Origin: an uncultured Synergistaceae bacterium
GTDB taxonomy: Bacteria; Synergistota; Synergistia; Synergistales; Thermovirgaceae
Length of the DNA stretch: 64,000 nt
Assembly: GCA_964515395.1 (NCBI GenBank)
Contig: CAZERC010000003.1
Location: forward strand, 5,568-69,567
Direction of reading: 5' to 3'
Numbering within the stretch: position 1 is the first letter of the stretch; every line of letters begins with the position of its first letter. The notes under the pieces are model-generated. The model made no database searches. It saw nothing but the letters and a program-made list of their open reading frames with translations, and was not told where the DNA came from. The translations under genes were made by a program, and so were the position numbers. Shown piece by piece: positions 19,231 to 29,091 of this stretch.

Positions 19231-20622
19231 ATGTTCCGACGGAAAACAGCATTTTTGAAGCCCTTTCTTCTTTTTACCTTCGTTGTTGCGGCCTTTTTCA
19301 TGATTTCCCATGAAACCAGTGCAGCTGAAGCCGCGGAAAAGCAGGTTCGCCTGGGAGTCGCCATCAACCAGACACACGGAACGATTTCTTCATCGGCGAC
19401 CATGAATTTCAGGGACGCCGCCGGGAAAACCCTGAGCAGGAAGGGAAGCTTTGCCGTTTCCATGGAGCGTTCCGGAAATTCCGTCACCGTCGGGAATGTT
19501 TCGCTTCGTCTGCCTGTGGACATTTCAGGAGCAGGTTTGATCGGATGGGGAAATCATCCCTATCGGGGGACCCTGCGTCTCGTGAAGGGAAGAAGCGGGT
19601 TTACTGTGGTCAACATTCTGGGAATGGAAAGTTATTTGCGTGGAGTGCTCAAGATGGAGGTAAACCCGGCCTGGGAATTCGAGGTCTTGAAAGCCCAGGC
19701 GATAGTGGCCCGGACCTACGCTCTCAGAAATCTCGGGAAACACGGCAGTGAAGGTTTCGATTTATGCGCCCTGCCACATTGTCAGGTTTACCGGGGGGTG
19801 AACGCCGAGGACCCCAGATTGACGGAGGCCGTAAAAGCCACCAGGGGCATTGTGGTTTCCACGGGTAATGGTGCCCTGGCCGTGACCCCCTATCATGCTG
19901 ACAGCGGGGGGTATACGGCAAATGTAGCTGATGTCTGGGGTGGCAATATCCCTTACCTGACAGGGCGGCCCGAGCCTTTTGACTATGAATCACCCTACTC
20001 AAACTGGCAGGTATCCTTGAGCATGCAGGAGATCGAAAAAGCACTCAAGCCGAAGGGACTCAGTGTCGGAAATGTCAGGGAGGTCCGTATCCTTTCTACT
20101 GATCGGGCGGGGCGCGCCGTGTATGTGGGCATCGTCGGTGACCACGGGCGGGCGAAGATGAAGGCAAGCCGTTTTCGGATGGCTCTGGGGAGTTCGAAGG
20201 TCAAAAGCACGTATTTTACCATCATCCAGGGGGGGCAACCGCAGACGACAGAGGCGGCACTCGCCCTGCATGAGAGTGAAGGTGAGCCGTACCCGTTGGC
20301 CTCTCATGATGAAAGAGCCCTGACGGGCATGATAGAACGGGGAGTCTTCAGTTCCGAGGAAATGTTGGACATGCTGCTTCATCCCGAAAAACGCGCTGAT
20401 TACCTGCGTCTGGCATTTAAAAGGCAAAGTGGAGTCAGATCTGAAACGGAGAGAGAAACAGCCGGTGCGGCATCCGGAACCATAACGATCCGTGGGAAAG
20501 GATGGGGGCACGGCGTCGGCATGTCGCAGTGGGGAGCAAAACGAATGGCCGAAAAGGGCTGGGATTACAGGAAAATCCTCGGTCATTATTATCCACAGAC
20601 ACGGCTGAAGCAGCTGTATTAA
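19231..20622 (+). CDS. SpoIID/LytB-domain peptidoglycan lytic protein
   Basis: Signal peptide, ESYLRGVL..E, LKAQAIVARTYA, HCQVY, GWGHGVGMSQWG. Confidence 0.9.
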   Translation: MFRRKTAFLKPFLLFTFVVAAFFMISHETSAAEAAEKQVRLGVAINQTHGTISSSATMNFRDAAGKTLSRKGSFAVSMERSGNSVTVGNVSLRLPVDISGAGLIGWGNHPYRGTLRLVKGRSGFTVVNILGMESYLRGVLKMEVNPAWEFEVLKAQAIVARTYALRNLGKHGSEGFDLCALPHCQVYRGVNAEDPRLTEAVKATRGIVVSTGNGALAVTPYHADSGGYTANVADVWGGNIPYLTGRPEPFDYESPYSNWQVSLSMQEIEKALKPKGLSVGNVREVRILSTDRAGRAVYVGIVGDHGRAKMKASRFRMALGSSKVKSTYFTIIQGGQPQTTEAALALHESEGEPYPLASHDERALTGMIERGVFSSEEMLDMLLHPEKRADYLRLAFKRQSGVRSETERETAGAASGTITIRGKGWGHGVGMSQWGAKRMAEKGWDYRKILGHYYPQTRLKQLY

Positions 20623-20659
20623 TGATGGTTTTTTCAGGAAAACCCGAAGAGTCGGGGAC

Positions 20660-21721
20660 GTGAACTTTCTGATGACTGACAGGCAAGCCTATGACATCGA
20701 GGCATACGACTACAATTTGCCCCGGGAGCTGATTGCGCAAAACCCTGCCGAGCCCAGGGATGCATCGAGGCTGATGGTTTTGGATCGCGGGTCCGGACGA
20801 ATCGAACATTCGGTTTTTGAAAAGATTCCCTTGTTTTTACGCCCCGGCGACCTTCTCGTCCTGAACGATACAAGGGTTTTTCATTCAAGGCTTCAGGGAA
20901 CGAAAAAAGGCGGAGAGGCAGAAGCGGAAGTCTTGCTCCTGAAACCGCTCGATTCTTTTGAAAGGGAATGGGAGGCCCTTGTACGACCGGGACGTCGATT
21001 CAAGCCGGGCTCGATTGTCATCCTGACTGACGGGACGGAAGCCCAGATTCAGGGAGCCGAGCGGGATGGAACAAGAAAGGTTGTCTTTCCGGAAGGATGC
21101 GATGTCAGGGAACTCATGGAAAGGATTGGTCATGTGCCGCTTCCCCCATACATAAGAAAAACCGAGGCGCCTCCAGGCAGATACCAAACGGTTTACGCCG
21201 GGAAGCCGGGTTCCGCAGCGGCACCGACGGCGGGTTTGCATTTTACGGACAAGGTGTTCGTGGATCTTGAGAAACACGGGATCAAAACTGCCTTTTTAAC
21301 GCTTCATGTCGGTTTGGGGACCTTCAGGCCGGTAAAAGACAAGGATATCAGGAACCACAAAATGCACGAGGAATATTGCAGTCTCAGCGAAGAAACCGCC
21401 CTGCGGATCAACGAGACCAAAAAACGCGGAAACAGGGTCGTTGCCGTGGGGACAACGGTAGTTCGGACGCTGGAAAGCCTGGCTGCAGACAATTCGGGGA
21501 ATGTCCGGCACGGGGACTTGTGGACACAGGCGTACATTTATCCCGGTTACACTTTCAAGGCGGTTGATGCCATGGTGACCAATTTCCACCTGCCGAAAAG
21601 CACCCTTCTCATGCTGGTGTCTGCCTTCGCCGGCAGGGAGCTGATCCTGAAAAGCTATGATGAGGCGATTCGCAAGGGTTACAGGTTTTTCTCCTTCGGT
21701 GACGCCATGCTCATTTTGTAG
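20660..21721 (+). CDS. queA: SAM:tRNA ribosyltransferase-isomerase
   Basis: PLPPYI, RYQTVYA, AAPTAGLHF, LHVGLGTF, NFHLPKSTL, FFSFGDAM. Confidence 0.97.
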   Translation: MNFLMTDRQAYDIEAYDYNLPRELIAQNPAEPRDASRLMVLDRGSGRIEHSVFEKIPLFLRPGDLLVLNDTRVFHSRLQGTKKGGEAEAEVLLLKPLDSFEREWEALVRPGRRFKPGSIVILTDGTEAQIQGAERDGTRKVVFPEGCDVRELMERIGHVPLPPYIRKTEAPPGRYQTVYAGKPGSAAAPTAGLHFTDKVFVDLEKHGIKTAFLTLHVGLGTFRPVKDKDIRNHKMHEEYCSLSEETALRINETKKRGNRVVAVGTTVVRTLESLAADNSGNVRHGDLWTQAYIYPGYTFKAVDAMVTNFHLPKSTLLMLVSAFAGRELILKSYDEAIRKGYRFFSFGDAMLIL

Positions 21722-21725
21722 AACC

Positions 21726-22202
21726 TTAGCTGAAAAGGTCGGCTTCTTCGCCTGCTGAAGGAGATCTGCAAAGCAGGGTCTTTCCTTTGGCCTCCAGTTT
21801 GTGCCTGATGGAATCAAGCTCAATGTTTACGCCGATGCCGGGCCTGGAATCCACCTTGAAAAGCCCGCTTGTCTTTATTTCTTTCAGCGCCCTGTAAGCC
21901 GTTCTGTCGGAAATGCCCACCATCGAGGCGATCTCGTTGAAACAATATCTTGTTTCACCCCAGATGGAATTCTGGAGAAGGCATCCCAAAAGAAGAAGCC
22001 TGGCTCCCATGGAAAGGGGGAGGGTCATGATGTTGGCTAAAGGGATGACGAGGTCCTCGGGAAAAGATCCGGTGAAAAAGGGAAGGCTTTCTGCTGGAGA
22101 GGAATGGCGCTGGAGTTTTCCTTCATTGCAGCGGGTCAATGTATCCACCGTTTCTTCAAGTTTGTGAAGAATCGAATGGATGTTTTCATCCTCACGCATC
22201 AA
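21726..22202 (-). CDS. Orphan winged helix-turn-helix protein
   Basis: FNEIASMVGISDRTAYRALKEIKTSGLF HTH; GGGGG RBS-like sequence; fills the gap between queA and amrBA. Confidence 0.65.
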   Translation of the reverse strand: MMREDENIHSILHKLEETVDTLTRCNEGKLQRHSSPAESLPFFTGSFPEDLVIPLANIMTLPLSMGARLLLLGCLLQNSIWGETRYCFNEIASMVGISDRTAYRALKEIKTSGLFKVDSRPGIGVNIELDSIRHKLEAKGKTLLCRSPSAGEEADLFS

Positions 22203-22346
22203 GGCAGCCCCCCAAAGAAATATCTGTTAACTGCCAGATATTCATTTGCGTCCCTGTTCGGCATCTTCCTCTTTTGAAGATTCTTTGTCAACTGAAAAGG
22301 CGGTTATATGAGATGGTGCAGGTGAGAGGACCATGCGCGGGAAATT

Positions 22347-22375
22347 TTGTCATAAAAGAGCAGTGAATGCATAAT
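22347..22375 (+). promoter_or_regulatory. Putative sigma70 promoter for the AmmeMemoRadiSam genes
   Basis: TTGTCA, 17-nt spacer, CATAAT. Confidence 0.55.
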
Positions 22376-22425
22376 ATAGAGTGACGGGATGCACAACCCC
22401 GGAGACAAAGTTGGGGGTGGTTCGA

Positions 22426-23805
22426 ATGTGGGAATGGGGAGCACTGATGCCTCATGCTCCGATCATCGTGCCTGAGGTCGGTGGCCTGCGAAACAGAGAA
22501 TGTCAGTCTTCGGTCTCAGCGATGCAACAGGTGGGTGAAGAAACCCGGCCCTTCATTCCGTCCTTTATTCTTGTACTTGACCCTCACGCGCCCTTTGCGG
22601 GCGGATGCACCGTTCTGTCGGCCCGTCAATACTCGGGGTCTCTCGCTGATTTCGGTGTCCGGGCCGTAAGCGTTGAAGCCGAAGGGGCCGGTGATGAAGG
22701 CAACAAACTTGTGCAGGAACTTGAGCGTACCTTTCCGCTGGAACGGGTGGAGAGGGGAGCCCTTACGCTCGATTATGGTGCCGTCGTCCCTCTTTCTTTC
22801 CTCAAAAAAGCCTGGGGCCGAATGCCGCCCATATTGCTCATGAATCCCATCGGACTTGGCTATAAAGAGGCGTGGAAATTCGGCGAGGCCCTTTCAGGTT
22901 TCGAGACCGAAGCATCCTGGGCGCTTGTAGCCAGCGGCGACCTTTCCCATCGTCTGATTCCGGACGCACCAGGCGGATTTCATCCCGATGGAGAAAGACA
23001 CGACAAAGCACTTTGCGAGGCAATCGAAAAGGGCTCACCTGAACAGGTTTTCCAGCTCGGTGAAGAGGTTATCTCCAATGCGGGTGAATGCGGGCTGCGA
23101 TCCGCCCTGATTCTCATGGGGCTTGCCGCCGGTATGGGAAGGATCAAATTGCAGTCTTACGAGGGGCCCTTTGGAGTCGGGTATGGCGTCGCCTTGTGGA
23201 AGAATCCGGAAGCATGCAAACATGAGCAAACGCCCTTTGAACAATATGGGACCGTCTCGTCAAAAGGGCAAGACATCCATACGCATCTTGCAAGGCGTGT
23301 TCTCGAGACATATCTTGAAACACGGGAAATGCCTGATGTGGAGAAACTGATTGATGAAGACGAGAAGACGAGCCTTCGAGAGAGAAAAGCCTGTTTCGTA
23401 TCTTTGAAGACGGAAGATGGCACATTGAGAGGGTGCATCGGCACCATTGAACCAGTGAGGGAAAATCTTGCCTGGGAAATTGCAGAAAACGCATGTGCCG
23501 CGGCAACCAGGGATCCGAGGTTCCCGCCGGTAAGACGCGAGGAACTCGACAAGCTCATACTCTCCGTGGATGTGCTTTCGACACCTGAACCCATATCGTC
23601 GGTGGGTCAGCTTGATCCCTCGAAGTATGGGGTGATCGTCTCGAAAGGAACCTTGCGGGGCCTTTTGCTTCCGGATTTGCCGGGTGTCAGCAGCGTTGAT
23701 GAACAATTGAATATAGCCATGCGAAAGGCAGGAATCACAAACCCCGAGCACCTGCGGATCAGCAGGTTCACCGTGGACCGTCATGCGGAGAAAGGGGGAC
23801 AATGA
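22426..23805 (+). CDS. amrA: AmmeMemoRadiSam protein B (Memo/LigB-like) fused to protein A (AMMECR1)
   Basis: N-terminal PHAPI, ASGDLSH, GECG, YEGPFGVGY; C-terminal CFVSL..LRGCIGT, DPRFPP, GLLLP. Confidence 0.9.
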   Translation: MWEWGALMPHAPIIVPEVGGLRNRECQSSVSAMQQVGEETRPFIPSFILVLDPHAPFAGGCTVLSARQYSGSLADFGVRAVSVEAEGAGDEGNKLVQELERTFPLERVERGALTLDYGAVVPLSFLKKAWGRMPPILLMNPIGLGYKEAWKFGEALSGFETEASWALVASGDLSHRLIPDAPGGFHPDGERHDKALCEAIEKGSPEQVFQLGEEVISNAGECGLRSALILMGLAAGMGRIKLQSYEGPFGVGYGVALWKNPEACKHEQTPFEQYGTVSSKGQDIHTHLARRVLETYLETREMPDVEKLIDEDEKTSLRERKACFVSLKTEDGTLRGCIGTIEPVRENLAWEIAENACAAATRDPRFPPVRREELDKLILSVDVLSTPEPISSVGQLDPSKYGVIVSKGTLRGLLLPDLPGVSSVDEQLNIAMRKAGITNPEHLRISRFTVDRHAEKGGQ

Positions 23806-23809
23806 TCCC

Positions 23810-24823
23810 ATGGGCGAAGGGCAGAGAGAGGGTGCAGGAAGGCCGGCCCTGTTTTGGCATTCTGAAAACGAAATGTTTCGGTGCGACCTCTGTCCTCATG
23901 GTTGCCTTGTTCCTGTAAACGGGCGTGGGTTATGCCGTGTCAGAAGGGGAACCCGGAAGGGGCTGGTGACCGAAAACGATGGCAAGGTCGCTTCAGCAGC
24001 CATTGATCCTGTTGAAAAAAAACCCCTGTACCACTGGAGACCCGGGAGCTGGATCCTTTCCTTGGGGACCACAGGATGCAACCTGGAGTGTCCCTTTTGC
24101 CAAAACTGGGAGCTCGCGCGTTGTTCCGAAAATATTCATCTTACAGATATGGAGCCTGAGGATATCGTCCTTCTCGCGAAACGGGAGAAAACCGATTCCG
24201 TGGCCTTTACCTATAATGAGCCCACGGTCTGGTACGAATTCGTCCTCAGGACCTCGAAGCGCCTGAAGAAGGAAAATCTTGAAGCGGTGCTGGTGACGAA
24301 CGGCTACATAAGCCAAAACCCCTGGGCTGACCTCTTGCCCCTCGTTTCGGCCGCCAACATTGACCTGAAAGGTTTTTCCGAGGCGAGTTACCGGCGGGTA
24401 GGAGGATCCCTCGAACCCGTTTTGCAAAGGATCGACGAAGCCATTGAATCAGGAATTCACGTTGAACTCACCCATCTTGTGGTCCCGGGCATCAATGACA
24501 ATGACGATGAATTTTGCGCCATGGTTGACTGGATATCCGACAGATCGCCGTCCATCCCCCTGCATATTTCGAGGTATTTCCCGCAGCACCGATGGAAACG
24601 TCCGCCGACCTCTCCTGAACTGCTGAAACGTTACGAGGAATATGCCAAAAGAAGACTCTATTTTGTCTATCTTGGAAACGTTGGGCAGGAATCCGGAACG
24701 TACTGCCCTGAATGCAGGGCCGAAGTCCTCCGGAGAAAGGGGTACAAAACCGAAAACATTGGCGTCGATGAAAACGGATGCTGTCGTTTCTGTAAAACCC
24801 CATTGGGTATTGTCATGAAATGA
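23810..24823 (+). CDS. amrS: AmmeMemoRadiSam radical SAM enzyme
   Basis: CDLCPHGC, DPVEKKPLYH, GCNLECPFCQNW, AFTYNEP, C-terminal CPEC..CRFC. Confidence 0.93.
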   Translation: MGEGQREGAGRPALFWHSENEMFRCDLCPHGCLVPVNGRGLCRVRRGTRKGLVTENDGKVASAAIDPVEKKPLYHWRPGSWILSLGTTGCNLECPFCQNWELARCSENIHLTDMEPEDIVLLAKREKTDSVAFTYNEPTVWYEFVLRTSKRLKKENLEAVLVTNGYISQNPWADLLPLVSAANIDLKGFSEASYRRVGGSLEPVLQRIDEAIESGIHVELTHLVVPGINDNDDEFCAMVDWISDRSPSIPLHISRYFPQHRWKRPPTSPELLKRYEEYAKRRLYFVYLGNVGQESGTYCPECRAEVLRRKGYKTENIGVDENGCCRFCKTPLGIVMK

Positions 24824-24892
24824 TTTTGCATATACTCTTTTTTCTGGAGGGAAAAAGAAAAGAACCGGTGCCATGCCGGCTTCATCCGGGAG

Positions 24893-26431
24893 ATGATGGG
24901 AATGGGAGAGTCTCTAAAGCTGAACGGGCATTCGTTGCGTCTGAATGACATTATCAATGTGGCCCGCCATGGACAAAAGGTGGAACTTGACGATTCAGCC
25001 ATTGCTTTCGTCGAGCGCGGTTCCGAAATGGTTTCGTCATGGGTGCGGGAGGGCAAGTCCATTTATGGCGTGACCACTGGCTTCGGAGATCTGGCCTCGA
25101 CGGCCATACCGCCTGAAAAAAGTGAGGAACTTCAGGAGAACCTCCTGAAAAGCCACGCGTGCGGTGTTGGTGAACCTTTTTCCGAAGATGTCACCCGTGC
25201 CATCATGCTCCTGCGGGTAAATACACTCATTCGCGGTTTTTCGGGCATTTCTCTCAAAACGCTTCAGCTACTGGTGGATTTCCTCAATCTCGGCATACAT
25301 CCGGTAATCCCCGAACAGGGATCGGTGGGAGCGAGCGGCGATCTTTGCCCCCTATCCCATCTTGGTATCTCGCTCCTGGGTCTTGGAGACGTCGTTTACG
25401 AGGGGAAAAGGATGCCCGCCTCCGAGGCGTTGCGAAAGGCGGGGCTCAAGCCTATACGCCTTGGCCCCAAGGAAGGGCTGGCCCTCAACAACGGGACGAC
25501 GGTCATGACCGCCGTGGCTTGCCTCGTCTTGTACGATGCCCTTGAATTGGCCCCCCTGGCTGACGTCGCAGCTGCGCTTTCTTTGGAGGCCCTGAAAGGG
25601 GTTCCCTATGCTTTTGATCCGCGGACACACGAGCTGAGGCCTCATGAGGGGCAACAAATCGTGGCCAGGAATATTCTGAACCTGATCGATTCCAGTGAGA
25701 TCATAGAAAAATACAAGCATGACAGGGTCCAGGACGCCTACTCCCTGCGATGCGTTCCGCAGGTCCATGGTGCAAGCCGTGATGCTCTGGATTACGTCAA
25801 GAACAAGATCCAGATAGAAATCAACTCGGTTACGGACAACCCGTTGATTTTCCCGGCGGAAGGCGAAGCGATCAGCGGAGGAAACTTCCATGGAGAGCCC
25901 ATCGCGCTTGCAATGGATTTTCTCGGAATCGCCCTTTCCGAAATAGGGAACATTTCGGAAAGGCGCGTCGCCAGGCTGGTGGACCACAAGCTTTCCGGGT
26001 TGCCTCCCTTTCTGATTTCGGAAAGCGGAGTCAACAGCGGATTCATGATACCCCAGTATGTCGCCGCGGCGCTTGCGTCGGAGAACAAGGGGCTTTCCCA
26101 TCCATCATCGGTTGACTCCATTCCGACTTCGGCCAATCAGGAAGATCATGTTTCAATGGGCATGTACGCGGCCCGGAAAGCGTCGAGCATTCTCAAAAAT
26201 GTCAGGAACATTTTGGCCATAGAATTTTTGACGGCATCGCAGGGGCTGGATTTTCTCAAACCTCTCAGAGCCGGCAAAGGGACCGGAAAAGTCCACGAGA
26301 CCATACGTGAAGTAATCCCCTTCATTCAGAAAGATGAGTACATCCATCCCCTCATCGGGGAAACGGCCCGGCTCGTTTCGGATGGGACCTTGCTCAGGGC
26401 TGCGAGAGAAGCGGTCGGTGATCTACAGTAA
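24893..26431 (+). CDS. hutH: Histidine ammonia-lyase
   Basis: YGVTTGFG, SH specificity pair (LKSHACG), MIO motif GASGDL, QDAYSLRC, GGNFHG, QEDHVSMG. Confidence 0.95.
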   Translation: MMGMGESLKLNGHSLRLNDIINVARHGQKVELDDSAIAFVERGSEMVSSWVREGKSIYGVTTGFGDLASTAIPPEKSEELQENLLKSHACGVGEPFSEDVTRAIMLLRVNTLIRGFSGISLKTLQLLVDFLNLGIHPVIPEQGSVGASGDLCPLSHLGISLLGLGDVVYEGKRMPASEALRKAGLKPIRLGPKEGLALNNGTTVMTAVACLVLYDALELAPLADVAAALSLEALKGVPYAFDPRTHELRPHEGQQIVARNILNLIDSSEIIEKYKHDRVQDAYSLRCVPQVHGASRDALDYVKNKIQIEINSVTDNPLIFPAEGEAISGGNFHGEPIALAMDFLGIALSEIGNISERRVARLVDHKLSGLPPFLISESGVNSGFMIPQYVAAALASENKGLSHPSSVDSIPTSANQEDHVSMGMYAARKASSILKNVRNILAIEFLTASQGLDFLKPLRAGKGTGKVHETIREVIPFIQKDEYIHPLIGETARLVSDGTLLRAAREAVGDLQ

Positions 26432-26597
26432 AGGAACATGGAAGCAAGGGAAAGAGAGTCGGAAAGAATCACTGCTTTGAGATTTTCCCGAATCGCACGG
26501 CGAGCGGCAGCAACAGGCTGCCCTCGCCGTGTCTGCTCATGGGAGCCGTCTTTCGGAGGCGAGAGGAGACATCATAAATAGAAAGGATTCGAACACG

Positions 26598-27632
26598 ATG
26601 GGGAAACGACTTTTTCAGGCGGTACTTTCGGCGATGATCCTGTTCTGTGCAACGGGGTATTACTTCCTTCTCGTTTCACAAGCCCCGAGGAGAGTGCTTG
26701 ACGTGATTCAATACGGCAAGGGTCCGGAAATCCTGATCCAGGTAAAGTCCGGGAAAAATGCGTCACAAATCGCGGAGGATTTCTCGCAGGCAGGTATCGT
26801 GGATCATGCCGAAGCCCTTGCAGTCTGGTTTTCCCGCTTTGGAATCGACAGGACCATACGGCCGGGAACCTATGCGATCAGGAAAGGAAGTCCCTGGGAA
26901 GTGGCGAAACAGATGCAACGGGCCAAACCCGAAACGGACCTGGTTACGCTTTTGCCCGGAATGACGTGGCATGACATTCTCGAGACGTACTCCGTCACAT
27001 CCGGAGAGCTCAAGGCCCTCCTTGCGGAAAACTCGAACTTCCCGAAAGAAACTCACCCATTTTTGCCGGAAAAGGCTCTTGACAGGCTTGCATTTCTTCT
27101 GCCTGAGACATATCAGGTGGCCCCCGGTGACCAGAGACTGAACCAGTTGATCCGCAGTGCCTCTTCAGCCTGGTGGAAACAGATCGGGCGTAACATCGTT
27201 GATGCAGTCGATACAGGAGACGTCGAAAAGGCCGAAGCAATATGGAGGGCCGCCACTGTCGCTTCACTGGTAGAAAAAGAATCGGCGGCAGAAGAAGAGC
27301 GACCCGTCATTGCAGGAGTGATTGAAAACAGGCTCCGAAAAGGTATGCCCCTGCAAATAGATGCTACAGTGGTGTATGCCTGGAGACTTCGGGGGGAAAA
27401 CCTCACTCGCGTTCTCCACCGTCATCTTGAAGTTGATTCCCCTTACAACACGTACAAGATTAAAGGCTTGCCTCCGGGACCGATATGCGTTCCGTCGAAA
27501 GAATCATGGGAAGCGGCACTGAAACCTGAAGAGACCCCTTTTCTTTTCTACGTCGCTGGTGACGACGGAAAACACCGCTTCAGCCGGACTTACAAGGAAC
27601 ATCTGAAGAAGATACGTGAAATCCGAAAGTAG
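26598..27632 (+). CDS. mltG: Endolytic transglycosylase MltG
   Basis: N-terminal TM, LLPETY, ASLVEKE, LQIDATV, SPYNTY..GLPPGPI. Confidence 0.93.
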   Translation: MGKRLFQAVLSAMILFCATGYYFLLVSQAPRRVLDVIQYGKGPEILIQVKSGKNASQIAEDFSQAGIVDHAEALAVWFSRFGIDRTIRPGTYAIRKGSPWEVAKQMQRAKPETDLVTLLPGMTWHDILETYSVTSGELKALLAENSNFPKETHPFLPEKALDRLAFLLPETYQVAPGDQRLNQLIRSASSAWWKQIGRNIVDAVDTGDVEKAEAIWRAATVASLVEKESAAEEERPVIAGVIENRLRKGMPLQIDATVVYAWRLRGENLTRVLHRHLEVDSPYNTYKIKGLPPGPICVPSKESWEAALKPEETPFLFYVAGDDGKHRFSRTYKEHLKKIREIRK

Positions 27633-27699
27633 GTTACGGATCGCTCTCCCTGCATGCTTTTTGAAGCAGGGGACCTTTTGGAAATGAGAGGAATGCCTC

Positions 27700-29091
27700 A
27701 TGGATGAATTCTTTGACCTTTGTGAAAGACTCGCAGAGAGCGGTGCCGATTTTGCCGACATCTATGCCGGGAAAACATTGTCGCACTCTGTAGAATTCGA
27801 AAACGGCCGCCTGGAAGAGACGAGAACGACACGAAATGACGGAACGGGAGTCCGGCTGCTTTTTCGCGATTCCACGGTTTACTCCTATGCCCCCGGTACG
27901 TTGGCGAAAGGGGCTTTCGGATGTGTGCTTGATTGCGAGACCCGTCACGGGGGGACCGTGGGAGGTGCTTGCAGGAAGGGTCCCCATACATCGAAGGACC
28001 TTGTTTCCTATGACCCGGAGGTACAGACAATCGGACAGGACCGCCTTGAAAGCGTCGACCGCCACTTACGGAACATCTCTTCTTCAGTCAGGCAAGTGAG
28101 ATTGAGGTTTCAAACGGTGGATTCAGGCAAGACAATCCTTTCGTCGGAAGGGGCGGTCATCAGGAAGGGGCGGCAGGCCACCAGGTTTTCCGTTCATGTG
28201 GTTGTTGAAAAGAAAGGCATGCTCTTTACCGGTTACGAAGTCCAGGCTTTGTCCGTAGACGGAGGAAGTTTTCTTGAAAGGCAGGACCTAAAAACAACAG
28301 GTGAGGAAGCCCTCCGGAGGGCGGTTTTGCAGTCAGGCGCCGTGTTGTGTCCGGCCGGAGTCATGCCGGTCATCCTTGGCGGTCAGGCGGGTGGAACAAT
28401 GATACATGAAGCCTGTGGTCACGGACTGGAAGCCGATATCGTCGAAAAAGACTACTCCGTGTATCGAGGGAAGACAGGGCAGACCGTCGCCAGCGAACTG
28501 GTCACTCTTGTTGATGACGCTACAATTCCAGGCCTTTACGGAAGCTATACCTTTGACGATGAAGGCACCCCCGCCCAGAGGACGATTCTGATCGAAAACG
28601 GCGTTTTGCGCGGGTTCCTGACTGATGTGGAAACGGCAAAGAACCAGGGACTGGCGAGAACAGGCAATGGTCGACGGGCTTCCTGGAATGTTCCGCCCAT
28701 GCCGAGAATGTCCAATACCTTTATAATGGGCGGTGAACAGGATTCGCAGGAAATCGTCGATTCATTGAAAGAAGGGCTGCTGGTTCTCAAAATGGGGGGC
28801 GGCGAAGTCCACCCGACTACGGGTGATTTTGTTTTTCACGTTGAGGAAGGGTATCTTGTAAGAAACGGGAAAATTGGCAGTGCCGTCAAAAATGCCATAT
28901 TGACAGGTAACGGGCCGGAGGTACTGAAACGGATCGGTGCCGTCGGAAATGATTTGCATTTCGAATCAGGTGTTTGCGGCAAGTCCGGGCAACACGTTCC
29001 CGTAACAGATGGCCAACCCACCATTCTTATAGAGGAATTGACGGTAGGGGGCAGCGATACAGCTGATGAAAATCCTTCGGATTTTTCGTAA
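27700..29091 (+). CDS. tldD: TldD family metalloprotease
   Basis: HEACGHGLEAD, DDEGTP, GNGRR, PRMSNT, CGKSGQHVPVTDGQP. Confidence 0.93.
   Translation: MDEFFDLCERLAESGADFADIYAGKTLSHSVEFENGRLEETRTTRNDGTGVRLLFRDSTVYSYAPGTLAKGAFGCVLDCETRHGGTVGGACRKGPHTSKDLVSYDPEVQTIGQDRLESVDRHLRNISSSVRQVRLRFQTVDSGKTILSSEGAVIRKGRQATRFSVHVVVEKKGMLFTGYEVQALSVDGGSFLERQDLKTTGEEALRRAVLQSGAVLCPAGVMPVILGGQAGGTMIHEACGHGLEADIVEKDYSVYRGKTGQTVASELVTLVDDATIPGLYGSYTFDDEGTPAQRTILIENGVLRGFLTDVETAKNQGLARTGNGRRASWNVPPMPRMSNTFIMGGEQDSQEIVDSLKEGLLVLKMGGGEVHPTTGDFVFHVEEGYLVRNGKIGSAVKNAILTGNGPEVLKRIGAVGNDLHFESGVCGKSGQHVPVTDGQPTILIEELTVGGSDTADENPSDFS

Noticed and set aside
22139..22366. 75-aa plus-strand ORF in the HTH/amr spacer
   Set aside because: No RBS or motif; overlaps the HTH gene and the predicted promoter
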